Source of the DNA: Amoeboaphelidium occidentale
Lineage: Eukaryota
Length of the DNA: 64,000 nucleotides
NCBI GenBank assembly: GCA_023515795.1
Contig: JALGPX010000002.1
Coordinates: forward strand, 1-64,000
Direction: 5' to 3'
Position 1 is the first letter of the stretch. The number at the start of each line of letters is the position of its first letter. The translations under genes were made by a program, and so were the position numbers. The notes beneath the pieces were generated by a model. The model was not told the origin of the DNA. It searched no databases and was given only the letters and a program-made list of their open reading frames with translations. Of the stretch, positions 35,040 through 47,830 are shown piece by piece.

Positions 35040-35419
35040 ATGTCTGGTATGCTTTTATTGTATATAAGCTATAATTTTAAGGTTATCCGGAAGCTTCTTA
35101 TCCGGGAATGTCGGGAAACGCTGGGGCTCCTGCTCAACCAGCAGGAGAAAAAGGTTATGGTTATCCTGGCCAATCTTACCCGCCTCAATATGCTCCACAG
35201 CAACAACAGCAGTATCCACCACCGCAACAGTATGGACAACAGCCTCCGTATGGGCAACAGCCGCCTCCTCAAGGATACGGTCAGCCTCATTATCCTCCAA
35301 CGCAGCCTGTTTACGTGCAGCAAGCTCCACCACCTCAAAACAACAGCGGTGACAGCTGCATAAAGGCGTGTCTCGCAGCGATCTGTGTTTGTGCAGTGCT
35401 GGACTGTCTATGCGATTAA
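35040..35419 (+). CDS. CYSTM-family protein, copy 2 (microexon ATGTCTG plus 1 intron)
   Basis: Spliced MSG|YPEASYPGMSG... across a GTATGC..TTTAAG intron; tail CIKACLAAICVCAVLDCLCD. Confidence 0.85.
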
Positions 35420-35684
35420 AGTGCTTGTTTTTAATAAACGTTATTAAGCGTGATTACCAGGCCTTCTCTCATAATGACATACTTCAACCAGATCAGTAGA
35501 TCGTGCACATGATGGTTTAAATAAACACTGTCAGGTTGCTCTTGCCTTGTATACGGCCTGCATAGACAAGACCTTTTATTGATCTCTGCATGTTGCGCGA
35601 TGAGGATTGGTCAGAGGTGCTAGTTTGTTGAAACAGGACTGGCCGTTCTTTGAACACACCCATTTTACTCTCAATTACCAAAAA

Positions 35685-35891
35685 ATGAACCAGTATCCTG
35701 GAGGCAACTACCCACCACAGCAGAATTACTATCCGCCTCAACAATATGGCGGTGCGCCTCCTGGCTATCCACCATCACAACCCGTCTATGTCCAACAAGC
35801 ACCGCCTCCTCAAGCAAAGAATGATAATTGCATCAAAATGTGCTTAGGTGCAATTTGCGTTTGCGTTGCTCTCGATTGTCTATTCGATTAA
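35685..35891 (+). CDS. CYSTM-family protein, copy 3
   Basis: [49 protein letters not shown]. Confidence 0.85.
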   Translation: MNQYPGGNYPPQQNYYPPQQYGGAPPGYPPSQPVYVQQAPPPQAKNDNCIKMCLGAICVCVALDCLFD

Positions 35892-35932
35892 GTAGGTTCA
35901 ATAAATTGATTAACGCGATTTTATTTTGTGCA

Positions 35933-38356
35933 TTATGGTTCAGCGTAATAGAAACTAATTAGTAAAAGTAAATACGTCAATGTAAGAATAGAGCCCTTGA
36001 AATAGTTGGCTTTCCCTTCAATGTACGTATAACTGAGTAGGAAAACCGCAAAGAAGTTGGTGTAAAGATCCCATCGAGGAAATATCAACGTGAATGCTGT
36101 TTCAGCAGTATCCGGAATTCCTTGAATAAAATTATTCCAAGCCGAGTACGCTACAACGCAAGGAATCTGAATCATTGCCACTTGTACAGCGTATGCAGAG
36201 CCAATTTCCAAAGATAAAGCAATGTTGCCATACATAGCAAACATCACTGCATTCAAAAATTCAGTGAAAGATGGAACGATCGCAAAGATTGTAAGTCCCA
36301 TAAACTTATCACTTATTCCTAATGCATCTGCAGTTGACTTGGAATTCTGCACTAATTGTTCTGCTAGTAAAGCAAACAAGACAGTGCAAGTCAATAAAAT
36401 AACAACAGACTTCATCTTTGACCATTCTGGAGAATCATGGCCACCGCCTCCATGGCCGTGTTGTGCATCTTGCAGTTTATCTTCCAGTGGTGTATTGTCT
36501 CTAGTCTCCGTATTTTCCTCTGTATTTGATGATCCTTCCGCTAAGCCGTTGTTATGATCAGAATGAGCAGGAGCCAATAAAGCAGAGTCATGCTTCTTAT
36601 GGTCAGAGTAATAGATTTGCTTCACATGCGTGCGTAAAGTAAAGAGAAGTCCTATGAGATATGCAAGCGGCAAAATGCTAGCGCAAAAATACATCAGTGG
36701 CCTAGTATTCTTCAAATAGAAAGGGTCGCTTTCTGGTCTTTTAGGAAGTTCATAATGACAAAGTCTGCATGCAACAGCAGCAGATGCAGCAGTCAAATGG
36801 TCAGATGTTGCAGCATCGCTAGTACATTCCTGACAAGTCAATTCGTAACTTCCAAACAAGCTGTAAAACAAAGTAGGAGTAAAAGCACCAATAAGAGCCA
36901 TAATGAGCAACACTGTAGAAACTCCTGCACTCTTTACATTAAATCTTTGTTCTTTCCATTTACCAACACCCCCTGCAATCATAGACAAGCCTGGCAACAA
37001 CAATAGTACACCCAAGAACGATCCCACTAGTGCACCTTCAACCAATGTGCCCTCTTTCGAGTTAATAGCAATGCAGTAAAGAATTATTTCAACAATAGAA
37101 CCAAATGATGCGTTAATAACAGCACCTAAACCAAACGAGGACTGAGAAGAAATTGAGGCAACAGCCATGCCAATGAAGTAAGATAATGGAATAGTAGAAA
37201 TAATACACAGAATAAAAGTAAACACTTCGTCTTTCTTGTAATCTGTTGGATAGTAGCAATAAATCATGGCAAATGCAACCACTGCCAACAAATTGATAAA
37301 AATCACGTTGATTCCATCATAAGTATACTTGTAGTATCTCCATCCTATAGCTTTGAACGTACATAATAGAATATCGCCACTATCAACAATAGAGTTTGAG
37401 AAAGTCAGCGAAGAAACATGCAGTTTCAAAGGTATCTGATATAAATGTTGAACAAGGCTGGAATTCAATTTGGCCATAGGAATAGAAACAACAAGAAGCC
37501 AACAAACCACCGACACCAGCAAATGTACAGGCGCTATAATGCTAAAGAATACAGCATAATAGCAGAAGTCAGCATAAGAGCATTTTCGAATCGACGTAAA
37601 ACAATTCTTGATTACCGTCATTATGTACTGTTTCTTTGTAACTTCAGCTTCAGGAGATTCCGATTGTTCTGATCGCGGTAACAAAGGCTCTTCACCAATG
37701 TCATACTCATATATACCGTAATGTATCCGTTTCAAATACCTTCCAAAGGGCCATGATATGTACTTTCCCATCGACAACAGTAAATAAGTATACCGCCTTC
37801 CATCAACCGTAGGAAATGTAAAAAGAAGTACCACCAGAGCAGTCGCAAAATATATCGCGGCGATCCACCAGCCAAACAACAGAAACCAAAGAATATTCCC
37901 ACCAGAAACATGCCATTCAGCCTTTGCGCGAGAACCATTGGGAATTTCATGAAGATCCAAGTAAGAAATGTTTTCAATGGTCCTCTTCTTCTTATACAGG
38001 GCAGGTTTCCATAAGCGAACACCGAACGGGTGAGACATGTTAATCGCATGTTGTCGATCTCTAACAGTCATTTCATCGCTTAGAACCAAATCTCCGTTAG
38101 ATTTCGGCCTTCTGTGGTTGAGCTCTTGGAGATACGCGTTGCCTCCTTCCTCATCGTCATCATCATCGTCGTCGTTTTCAATATTGGATCGACGATTACT
38201 GCTCGGCGTTGGCGAAGCTGTGCCAATGTCGTGCACTGTGAACGGTCGATTAGCTCTCAAGCGCGGAGTCCCGGACGCAGACGCACTCAGAAATTCTCTA
38301 CTTCCATTGTTTGTATTAGCATCTTCATCGTAATAGTTTGCAGAGTCATCAGTCAT
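35933..38356 (-). CDS. Vnx1-like (type 2 CAX) cation/H+ exchanger
   Basis: Motifs INMSHPFGVRLWKPALYKK, YccF-like GNILWFLLFGWW, YYKYTYDGINV, GAVINASFGSIVE and GNIALSLEIGSAY. Confidence 0.9.
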   Translation of the reverse strand: MTDDSANYYDEDANTNNGSREFLSASASGTPRLRANRPFTVHDIGTASPTPSSNRRSNIENDDDDDDDEEGGNAYLQELNHRRPKSNGDLVLSDEMTVRDRQHAINMSHPFGVRLWKPALYKKKRTIENISYLDLHEIPNGSRAKAEWHVSGGNILWFLLFGWWIAAIYFATALVVLLFTFPTVDGRRYTYLLLSMGKYISWPFGRYLKRIHYGIYEYDIGEEPLLPRSEQSESPEAEVTKKQYIMTVIKNCFTSIRKCSYADFCYYAVFFSIIAPVHLLVSVVCWLLVVSIPMAKLNSSLVQHLYQIPLKLHVSSLTFSNSIVDSGDILLCTFKAIGWRYYKYTYDGINVIFINLLAVVAFAMIYCYYPTDYKKDEVFTFILCIISTIPLSYFIGMAVASISSQSSFGLGAVINASFGSIVEIILYCIAINSKEGTLVEGALVGSFLGVLLLLPGLSMIAGGVGKWKEQRFNVKSAGVSTVLLIMALIGAFTPTLFYSLFGSYELTCQECTSDAATSDHLTAASAAVACRLCHYELPKRPESDPFYLKNTRPLMYFCASILPLAYLIGLLFTLRTHVKQIYYSDHKKHDSALLAPAHSDHNNGLAEGSSNTEENTETRDNTPLEDKLQDAQHGHGGGGHDSPEWSKMKSVVILLTCTVLFALLAEQLVQNSKSTADALGISDKFMGLTIFAIVPSFTEFLNAVMFAMYGNIALSLEIGSAYAVQVAMIQIPCVVAYSAWNNFIQGIPDTAETAFTLIFPRWDLYTNFFAVFLLSYTYIEGKANYFKGSILTLTYLLLLISFYYAEP

Positions 38357-38759
38357 TTGAACCAACTCACAATTTTCTCAAAAAAAAATGGTTTTGCGTG
38401 GCTCTTGCTTACGCTGATTGGGCTGTGTAACGTGATCAAACAAACCTCTATAGACAACGCAGAGTTGTTTAGGAAACTTGAAGGTTTACGGGATAAGTGA
38501 GGCATTGCATTGTTTTTATAGGCGCTTGATGCAGTTTCACAGATCATAATGATGCTGAATCTTCCAAATTTCTTCCATGTTTTAAATCAAGAGTATCTTT
38601 ATGAGCCATAAACGTTTATAGCACTATGATAAACTTTATTTTTGGGTTGAAATTATAAGACCATCTTTACATATCTTGAAACGGGTCGAAGTCGCGATGA
38701 CGCTGCTCTGATTCCTCCTCCGACGTCGCTGGGCGCAAAGGAATATTTCCGGCCGCGCA

Positions 38760-41700
38760 ATGAAAAACGATGAAAATGAGGACGTAAGTTTTGGCTATGC
38801 GGCTTAACTAATTCCTGTAGACTTCTACCAACGATGGTAATCAAGGCCAGAGGCAGTTACACTCACCTCTGCAACAGCACCAGCAGCAACAGCAAGGGAT
38901 ATACATTCTACCTTCGCATGCGCCACAGCATCTAAGTGTTCCTGGTTCTGCTTCAGCCGGGATCCGTCCATACCCTGCATCTATTGGTCCTGAAGGTGGT
39001 TTACAGCCTCAGAATATGCCTCAGTTTTATGCTCAAAATTTCTACACGAACAATAGTAATTCACATGTCGGTCAAAGTCTTCAAGGTCAGCAGCTACAGG
39101 GACATCCTGGGCATTATGTTCCGGTGTTATTTGTACCATCGCCTGGTTCGTTTCAAGGTCATTCTATTCCTAGTGCTTCGACAATCGATGGTCATTCTAA
39201 TAATGCAATGGCAGCTCAGTTTCAACATCAAATGTTACGCCCCATTATGTTTCCTTCTTCTGGGCCTACTCCGATGATAACTGTCCCTGATGTACTTTCT
39301 GCACCAGCTGATACTGCTCCTGCTCGTTCCCGCGGCGTTCAATATGTTAAAGCACAGATAGAGCATTTACCAAACCCAAGGCCAAGACAGAAAAGGACAC
39401 TAGATCAGTCAAACAAACAGAATTCTGCAGAAAACAAAGATCATACGGAAGATCTCAAAAAGTATGCTAAGGAGCGGCAAGCTAGAAGAGATGACTTGTT
39501 GAAGAGAGAGAAAGATTTGTATTATGATGAATTAAAGAAAGTGTTTATAAGACTCCGTAACCACTACAAAAAGGAGAATGACAAAATAGTGGAGCGCATT
39601 GCAGCATCTGATTTTAGCACTTTGGATGAAACACCAGACGCTCCAATTGAGGAATTAGCACCTGGTCAGAAAAGATCCGCATCAGAAATTGAACGAATAC
39701 GTAAATCAGTGTGGTCTGACATTTGCAAGAATTACATTCCCAGAATATACGATGAGCGTCTAATTAACGATTCATGCAAGTATTTGTTGGCAAAGCGACT
39801 TGGTAATGTTGTTTCAAAACGCAGAGTTATAAACATCAAAACTACAAGAGAATTCACTCAAAAGGCGAAGAAACTGAGTAGGGAGATGTTATTATTCTGG
39901 AAAAAGTATGAAAAAGAAGAACGTGAAATGAGGAAACGAGCGGAAAAGGAGGCTCTGGAGCGTCAACGTTTGGAAGAGGAAGAACGCGAGAAACGAAGAC
40001 AGGCTAGAAAGCTAAACTTCTTGATTACACAAACTGAGCTTTATGGTCATTTTATTGGGAAGAAGACGAAGAAAGATGAGCCGGCATCAAGTAGCGAAGC
40101 ACCAAATGTTAACGTTAAAGAGATTGATTTTGCTGATGTTGACGACAAGGACCTTGATGCAATCGCCAGAAAACAGGCACAACAAGCTTTGGATTTACAG
40201 ATTCAACACACAAAGGCTTTTGATAAGGATACAGGAAAGAAACCAGAGCAAGCTTTTGCTTCAAACTTCGAAGTTCAACAGCCGAAAATGTTAACTTGTC
40301 AATTGAAAAAGTATCAGCTGAAAGGCTTAAATTGGTTAGCGAATTTGTATGATCAAGGTATAAATGGGATTCTTGCTGATGATATGGGTCTCGGTAAAAC
40401 TGTCCAGTCTATTTCTTTGTTGGCTTGGCTAGCTGAAACTCAAAATATTTGGGGCCCTTTCTTGGTAGTTGCACCTGCTTCAACGCTTCACAATTGGCAG
40501 CAAGAAGTCGTAAAGTTTGCACCAAATTTAAGAGCTGTTCCTTATTGGGGTAATATCAAAGATCGCAAAACATTGAGAAAATTTTGGTCCGGAAAGAGGA
40601 TTTACAACAAAGATTCTCCTTTTCATGTTGTTATAACTAGTTATCAGATAATTGTCACAGACCAAAGCTACTTTCAAAGAGTAAAATGGCAGTATATGGT
40701 ACTTGATGAGGCACACGCTATCAAGAGTGCTGCTACAACAAGATGGAAAGTTCTTTTGAACTTTAATTGTCGTAACAGACTGTTATTGACCGGAACGCCG
40801 ATTCAAAACTCCATGCAAGAACTTTGGGCATTGTTGCATTTTATTATGCCGACTTTGTTTGACTCACACGAAGAATTCAGCGAATGGTTTAGTAAGGACA
40901 TTGAGAGTCACGCTGTGGAGAAGGGCAAATTAAACCAGCATCAGCTTGAAAGATTGCATATGATCTTGAAGCCGTTCATGTTGAGAAGAGTCAAGAAAGA
41001 TGTTGAACATGAATTAGGAGACAAGATTGAGAAGACCGTGTATTGTGAACTGACACCCCGACAACGAAGAATGTACAAAGCCTTATCTGAAAGAGTTTCT
41101 ATAGATGAACTTCTTGATAAAGCATCACTTGAAGGCAGAGATATTGACGAAGGTGATAGTTTGATGAATGTTGTCATGCAATTTAGAAAAGTTTGTAACC
41201 ATCCCCAAATATTTGAACAAGCTGAAGTGGCTTCCGCTTTCTACTTTTTCAATCCTACGTATCCCACTGGTGGGATTCAAAGGGGCGATCAGTCTCTGAT
41301 CAAAGTTGCATGTGTTCCTCCGAATCCTCTTGAAATCCGCATAGCTAAATCGGTTGTCGAAGAATTATTGTTGGGCGAAACTGGCTGTCGCTTAGACTTG
41401 ACAGGAGAGTGCGCAATATTCCGTTCATCCGTTGCGTTTTACAGCAAATGCTTCGATTTCCTACGGCTAACTGATTATTCGTTTTCAGAGTTTTATGATT
41501 TAAGTAGGCATCGGTTTGATGTGTTCGAGAGATGCTTACGCTTTATGTCGAAGAAACTCGATTCTTCAAATAGCAAGAGAAACATGTTAAATATCAACAG
41601 AATTGAGCCTCAAGTTTTCGTGGATACGGATTATATGACGAAACTGAGAAATCTTCCCACATTTTATTACGAAACATCGATTGCAGGACCTCCCAACTTA

Positions 41701-42526
41701 TCGGCTAGCCACACTGCTTATTACAGTCATGTGACGTATCCTTCAAAGAGAGAGCTTTGCGTTCTGGAGTTGCTGTATGGACAGTATCGCGGACAGGTAT
41801 CCAAGTCAACGTCACCTCTTATTCAAGAATTGTACTCCCGAAAGATACATCATGGAGACCTTTCGCCCCTTATACCCGAGCCTCTACAGAAAGGAAGAGG
41901 ATTCTCACAAATTCAGGTGCCTAACGCTAAACAACTGCTGTTTGAGTCTGGTAAGTTGCAAGAACTGGACAAGTTACTGGGAGAACTGAAACAGGAGGGC
42001 CATAGAGTGTTGCTCTATTTTCAAATGACAAAAATGATAGACCTCATGGAAGAATATCTTTCATTTCGTCAGTATTCTTATCTAAGACTGGATGGGAGCT
42101 CTAAAATTGAAGATCGAAGAGATATGGTGGCAGATTGGCAATCTAAACCAGAAATCTTTATTTTCCTGCTATCTACAAGAGCTGGAGGTCTAGGTCTGAA
42201 CTTAACCGCAGCAGATACAGTCATATTTTATGATAGCGACTGGGTAAGTCTTGTATCGTTTTCTGTATAATATTTGGTAGAATCCAACCGTGGACCAACA
42301 AGCTATGGATCGAGCGCATCGTTTGGGACAAACCCGTCAAGTCACAGTGTATAGGCTCATTACAAAAGGAACAATCGAAGAACGAATATTAGCCAGAGCA
42401 AATCAAAAGGATGAAATACAAAAGGTTGTTATAGCGAGTGGTGCTTTTACTCAGGAAACAAATGCTCCACCTAAATCAGAAAATGAACAAGCTGAAACAA
42501 CTACTGAAGGCATGGATTTGGGATAG
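38760..42526 (+). CDS. INO80: Chromatin-remodelling ATPase Ino80, 2 introns
   Basis: DBINO motif [16 protein letters not shown] and a split SNF2 ATPase ([50 protein letters not shown]). A short first exon MKNDENED precedes a GTAAGT..CTGTAG intron. Confidence 0.95.
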
Positions 42527-42643
42527 TCTAATAGAATAGCTATAGTATTTTAACAGCGCAAAATTATTTCGCATTGTGTCGACGTTTGATGCGGCCGCGC
42601 GCTTTGCAAGCGTTGTTTCATCCGCCCAGATTTCGAATATCTG

Positions 42644-45600
42644 ATGATAGTCGCAGCGAACACAAATAGGACTGACTTTTATGATCAGCCAACGTCATTG
42701 AAGTATAAGAAATTATCTAGTTGGAGAACAAACATTCCCGCAAGGGCAGCATTCTCAGCTCAGACATCAGATGCCATAAGAAAAGCAAAGTAACATGATC
42801 TTTAAAGGCTTCATTGGCTTTAACCGATCTGTAGAGGTGTGATCACCAATAGTGTTGTCATTCCAGATAAGGCAAAATGGATAAATTCGATGGTAGAATG
42901 TCCTGATGCTCCGCTGTTGTGTGTCTCAACTGGTTCGAAGCAGAACAATGTTTACTTTATACGATACAAAGAATCTGTTAAATCCAGTAATGAGGGAGAG
43001 CAGAACATGTTTGAAATGAATAATTGTATCTCTAGTACATATCCTGTTGTTTCAATGGATTGGGTTGGCGATACTTTGGCTTTTGGTTGTATGGAGGGTT
43101 ACTTGGACACTTATAAGGTCACTGAGAGCATCCATGGATCTAGCAAAGTTAAACTGGAATTTAAGAACAGGTTTAGTCACTTGTTTTCTGGGAGCACTAA
43201 TAACATCACCACGCCACCAGGCAGACTTTATCAAACAAAGCGAGTGAATGAAGTCATGTTCCACGCCAACGATCCAAACATACTTTTATGCTCGGAAGGA
43301 TCGAATTTGAGAATATGGGATCTTAATCGCAATGATGTTCCGCTGGCATCTTGTAGGGTATCAGATGAAGTCAATAAGAGTGCTCAATGGTCATCTATAA
43401 ATCCTCACTTGATTTGCGTGGCTGGTGTAGATCGAGCGATAGCTGTTTTAGATTCTCGTATAATGGGCATAAACTATGGTGCACAGACTGATAATGTAAA
43501 AGCTTATTCTGGTGGTTCAACAAACTTTCCTTCGCCAGTTGCTTACTTTCAGTATGGCGCTCATAATGACTGTATCAACAAGGTCAGATGGTCGCCATTT
43601 GTTCCTTACTGGATTGCATCTTCTGGTAATGATGGAGTTGTTAAAGTCTGGGATTTAAGGTTCAACAATCATACGGCCGTTTCTGTTCTTGATCATCCTG
43701 AAACTTCTGTGAGATGTGTAAACTGGTCAAAAACTCACGGTGATTACTTGTACACTGGTACTGCAGAGGGGACTTGGAGAGCTTGGTCGCTGAAGTCAGA
43801 TGAGTATTATCTTTCTAAGGATGTTACATCGTCATCAAATGTATCTTCGTTGGGTGGCAAAATAGTGGCAGAATGCGGAGATGATGTCTTTGCATCAGGT
43901 GTGGAAAATGTATTATCCAGCAACAAGCTCTTGAATACGAGCTTTGCTGTGTCTTCAACTGGAGAATTAAGTGCTTTCACTTTAAACGAAGATTTGTTAT
44001 TCGAAAATGCTGAATTCAAGTATCAGACAAGGGACAGAAACGAAGAAGAATATGACTTGGAGCGATTAGCTTATGCGCGCAAAATTCGAGATGCTGTTCG
44101 ATTCGTTGTTGAATGGGGTAAAGATCAAAGGAATGAGGATAAGTTAGATGCAGGATTGTTATTACTAGAAAAGTGCTTACCTCTAAAATTGCAAGACACA
44201 TCGTTTGAGTTCCAAAAGAACACGACAGAAGCAAAACCTGATCAATCTAAGTTGACTAAACTGGAAAATTGGAAAGAGATATTCGCATCAGTTGTCGAAC
44301 CTATTGACGTTGTTGCGAATTTGTACTTCGACGCCAAGTATACAGGTGGTAATTCCGTAGACGATTTGACCGAAGGGAGTTACCGTATACGCAACCTACA
44401 AAAAGCTTATGTTACTTCAAACTTGAAATTTTCTAGTGTTTTATCGACTTTCCAGCAAGATCTGCAGCTACTAGCTAATCACTTGCCTCCGCATTTCTTT
44501 TCAAGCATATTTGGGACACTTCAAGATGACTTGAAGATTGAGTTTGATGCATTTGAGCAGAGGTTGAAGCTTTTGGATTACGTTGGTTCTGGAGGAGAAT
44601 TAGAAAATCTTACACAGGAATTCGTTGAAAAGACAATTCGACTTCTTTATCATGATCCAACAAATTTCAGCAACAGCCTATTAAAAAGAGTTGTTGAAAC
44701 AGAGCTGAATAAGAATTACATGGAGGGCTTGGAGTTGGGAAAGAAAGTTTTGGAAGTTTATGAATCTTACGAGAAGAAATCTGAGGCTCCTGTGAAGTTC
44801 CGACATTATTCATCAATTGCTCACTTGTTACTTTTTCCAACTGTTTACGATGATCGGAATATCTATGATGTTGGAAGAATCTCCGATAAACCCACATCGC
44901 CTACAAAATCAAGCACACTTAAGAGAAGTAATTCGACAAAAAGCAACAACAGCTTGCGAAGTAGATCGTCAAAGAAGATCATGCATACTTCAAAGCCGTC
45001 TTTGTCGTTGGCAACGCCGATGTCAAGCTCATCTTCCCAAAGAAGAAAGCTGTCATNNNNNNNNNNNNNNNNNCCTACAAAATCAAGCACACTTAAGAGA
45101 AGTAATTCGACAAAAAGCAACAACAGCTTGCGAAGCAGATCGTCAAAGAAGACCATGCATACTTCAAAGCCGTCTTTGTCGTTGGCAACGCCGATGTCAA
45201 GCTCATCTTCCCAAAGAAGAAAGCTGTCATCTTTGGCAAAAGAGAGTGCCATTGCGTCAGCATCGACGGACGACGTGAGATCATCTGAGGATGATGTTTA
45301 TGATTTTGATGAAGAAGTTGAAGTGTCAAGAATCTCAGCACTAGACACTCTACTGAAGAACTCTAAACTTGTTATGCCAATGGTCAGACTTGAATGGTAA
45401 GTTTCTAAGAATTCTTTAAATTACTCTGTAGTAAAATTCAACGGATTCTGCACAGATTTCATGATCAGACATCTGATGGTCCTAGCAATGTTCAAGCCGT
45501 ATCTCAAAAGATAATCGAGGCTTTCAAAGATGAAAAGACAATTTCTATATCAGCCAATAAGGCGTTTATGAATGCATGTTTGCTTGTTGGAAAGTTTGAC

Positions 45601-46119
45601 AAGTACTCAGACCATCTACTGGAAATATTGGCTACTTTTCAAGGAAATGACAGCTTTATTCAAACATTATTGGATCACTTTGAAAGAGTTGCCGTCGTAA
45701 GATTCTCGAAATTCTTGAATGAGTTTGGCAACCGCAATTTCGATATTCACTCCGCAGGAAGCACAATGGAATACACCACCACCCAAAAATCTCAACTGAT
45801 CGATGTGTTTACTGCGATTGTAAGGATGCTTGTGAACGTTTCGAAGAACACTCATGGATTGTTGAAAGAATCTGTAATTCAATCTTTACTGACTTCATTC
45901 AAGAACTTTTTCAACAAATACTTGTTATTCACTAGCGCATCTTATGATTCAACTGCTTTACATCGAGAAACAAATGCGAAGGTTTTGAGCGCAGCGGAGG
46001 ATGTGCTATCAGTTGTTAAAATTGGTATTTCACAAGCATCGGAACGATCTGTACTTATCGAAGAGATCCAAAATTTTCAAAACAAACTGGAAAATTGGAT
46101 AGCAAAACACCAGCAATAA
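42644..46119 (+). CDS. Large WD40-repeat protein with helical C-terminal region, 2 introns
   Basis: WD repeats (AHNDCINKVRWSPF..IASSGNDGVVKVWDLR). Exons join in frame across introns near 42790-42835 and 45397-45431. Confidence 0.8.
44900..45230. repeat. Direct duplicate flanking an N-gap
   Basis: 44900-45056 vs 45074-45230; differences T44962/C45136 and T44979/C45153 (Ile/Thr). Confidence 0.9.
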
Positions 46120-46147
46120 ATGTTTACTTAATTCTGCATCAAAGATT

Positions 46148-47271
46148 TCACTGAAGTGGAAATTTGACGTCTCCGCCGACTGAATTCATCGGCAATGATT
46201 TGTTTCCTTGCGCCTTGTTGACACTTCCATAAACAGCAAGCGCTTGTGATATCATTTTGCTGGCATCACCAACGTTTGAGTCCATAAGAACAGTAGTGCC
46301 TTCCTTAGCCAATTCTCCAAATGCCTCCAAATACCTCTGTGCAACCATCATTGATATCGCCTCGCTAGATTTGTTGTTTTGTTGCATGACTTTGGATATA
46401 ACTTCAAGAGATGCAGCTTGACTTCGCGCTTGCAACAATAATGCCTCAGCCTTACCCGAAGCTTCTAGGATTGTAGCTTGTTTCTGACCCTCTGCAGCAT
46501 TTATGGCAGCTTGTCTTTGACCTTCGGAAGCCAAAATATCAGCCCTATAAAGAATAATAAGTCAACATAATTATCATATAAAGCAACCTTTTTCTTCTTT
46601 CAGCTGAAACTTGACTGTGCATTGCCTCTACGACACCATCTGGCAAGTATATATCCCTTATTTCGTACCTCAAACACAAAATACCCCACGAATTAGATGC
46701 AGCATTAATAGCTTCCACAATATTCAAATTAAGTTTCTGCCTCTCAGCCAATGTTCTGTCCAGAGACAGTCTCCCGATCTCAGCACGCATTGTGGTTTGA
46801 GCCAATTGAGTTATGGCAAACTCGTGGTCTTCGATACCATACGATGCCTTGTAAGCATCAACAATTTTAAAGTACAAAACGCCGTCCAATTCTAACATCA
46901 CATTATCCTCCGTAATCGCGCTCTGCTTTGGAATCTCCAGCGCTATTTCCTTCAAGCTCTTCACGTATTTAATCTCATCAATAACAGGCATTAGAATATT
47001 CAGACCAGGCGTAAGTATTCTGTTAAATCTACACAATAGAATTAATACATGGACTTTCCCAATTGTAATTTAACCTTCCAAAGCGTTCAATGATCCAAGC
47101 TTCTTGCTGTGGGACAAATTTAATTATAGTGTTGGATGGTAATTGCGTTGTTCTGAAGGGATAATGGAGAGTACCGGTTGTCCCATGAGTGCGCGGCCTA
47201 GTCAGAGATGAGCTGAACCTCAGAGAGTTCCTGCAGCGCTTAAGCAGTAAATTTTGCATTGACATCGTCAT
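46148..47271 (-). CDS. STOML2: Mitochondrial stomatin-like protein 2 (SPFH/band 7), 2 introns
   Basis: Motifs FVPQQEAWIIERFG|RFNRIL.PGL, AITQLAQTTMRAEIG, CLRYEIRDI, QVSAERRKR|A.IL.SEG and AFGELAKEG. Confidence 0.92.
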
Positions 47272-47476
47272 CGTTTCGTTGAGAATCAGGCAATTCTAAA
47301 ACAGCAATTTAATGAANNNNNNNNNNNNNNNNNNNNGTTGTCCCATGAGTGCGCGGCCTAGTCAGAGATGAGCTGAACCTCAGAGAGTTCCTGCAGCGTC
47401 TAAGCAGTAAATTTTGCATTGACATCGTCATCGTTTCGTTGAGAATCAGGCAATTCTAAAACAGCAATTTAATGAA
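47177..47476. repeat. Direct duplicate flanking an N-gap
   Basis: 47177-47316 vs 47337-47476; CT at 47239-47240 vs TC at 47399-47400. Confidence 0.9.
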
Positions 47477-47830
47477 GCAGGCAATGCTTTAGGTTTCCAA
47501 ATGACTTAGCATCAAAGTCTTTACAGATGCGAGATAAGTGAGGAAGTTACGGTTTCACGATCGTCAAAGGTTGCTTGCAGGTGAAAGGATCTCTGACCAG
47601 GCCCTGATCACTGTAACCAGCATCAGAGGTAACAGAAACTTACTTGGTACCAAAAAAAGATATTACTTCTAGCATCCTCCTTTGAACGTGAAACACCTAG
47701 AAAGACCCTCTCCTAGTTTTGCGTTTCTCAGTATTAATTCGCATTCCGCTGTGTCCAGTTGAAACAGCGACAGTGGCGCAGTCCCGAGGAATCACACTCA
47801 TTTCCCCTTCACGATAAACTCCGTAGCAGA

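Noticed and set aside
47636..47650. ACTTACTTGG resembling the U1 snRNA 5' end
   Set aside because: It mismatches ACTTACCTG and has no downstream U1 stem-loops or Sm site; it is the reverse complement of a splice donor.
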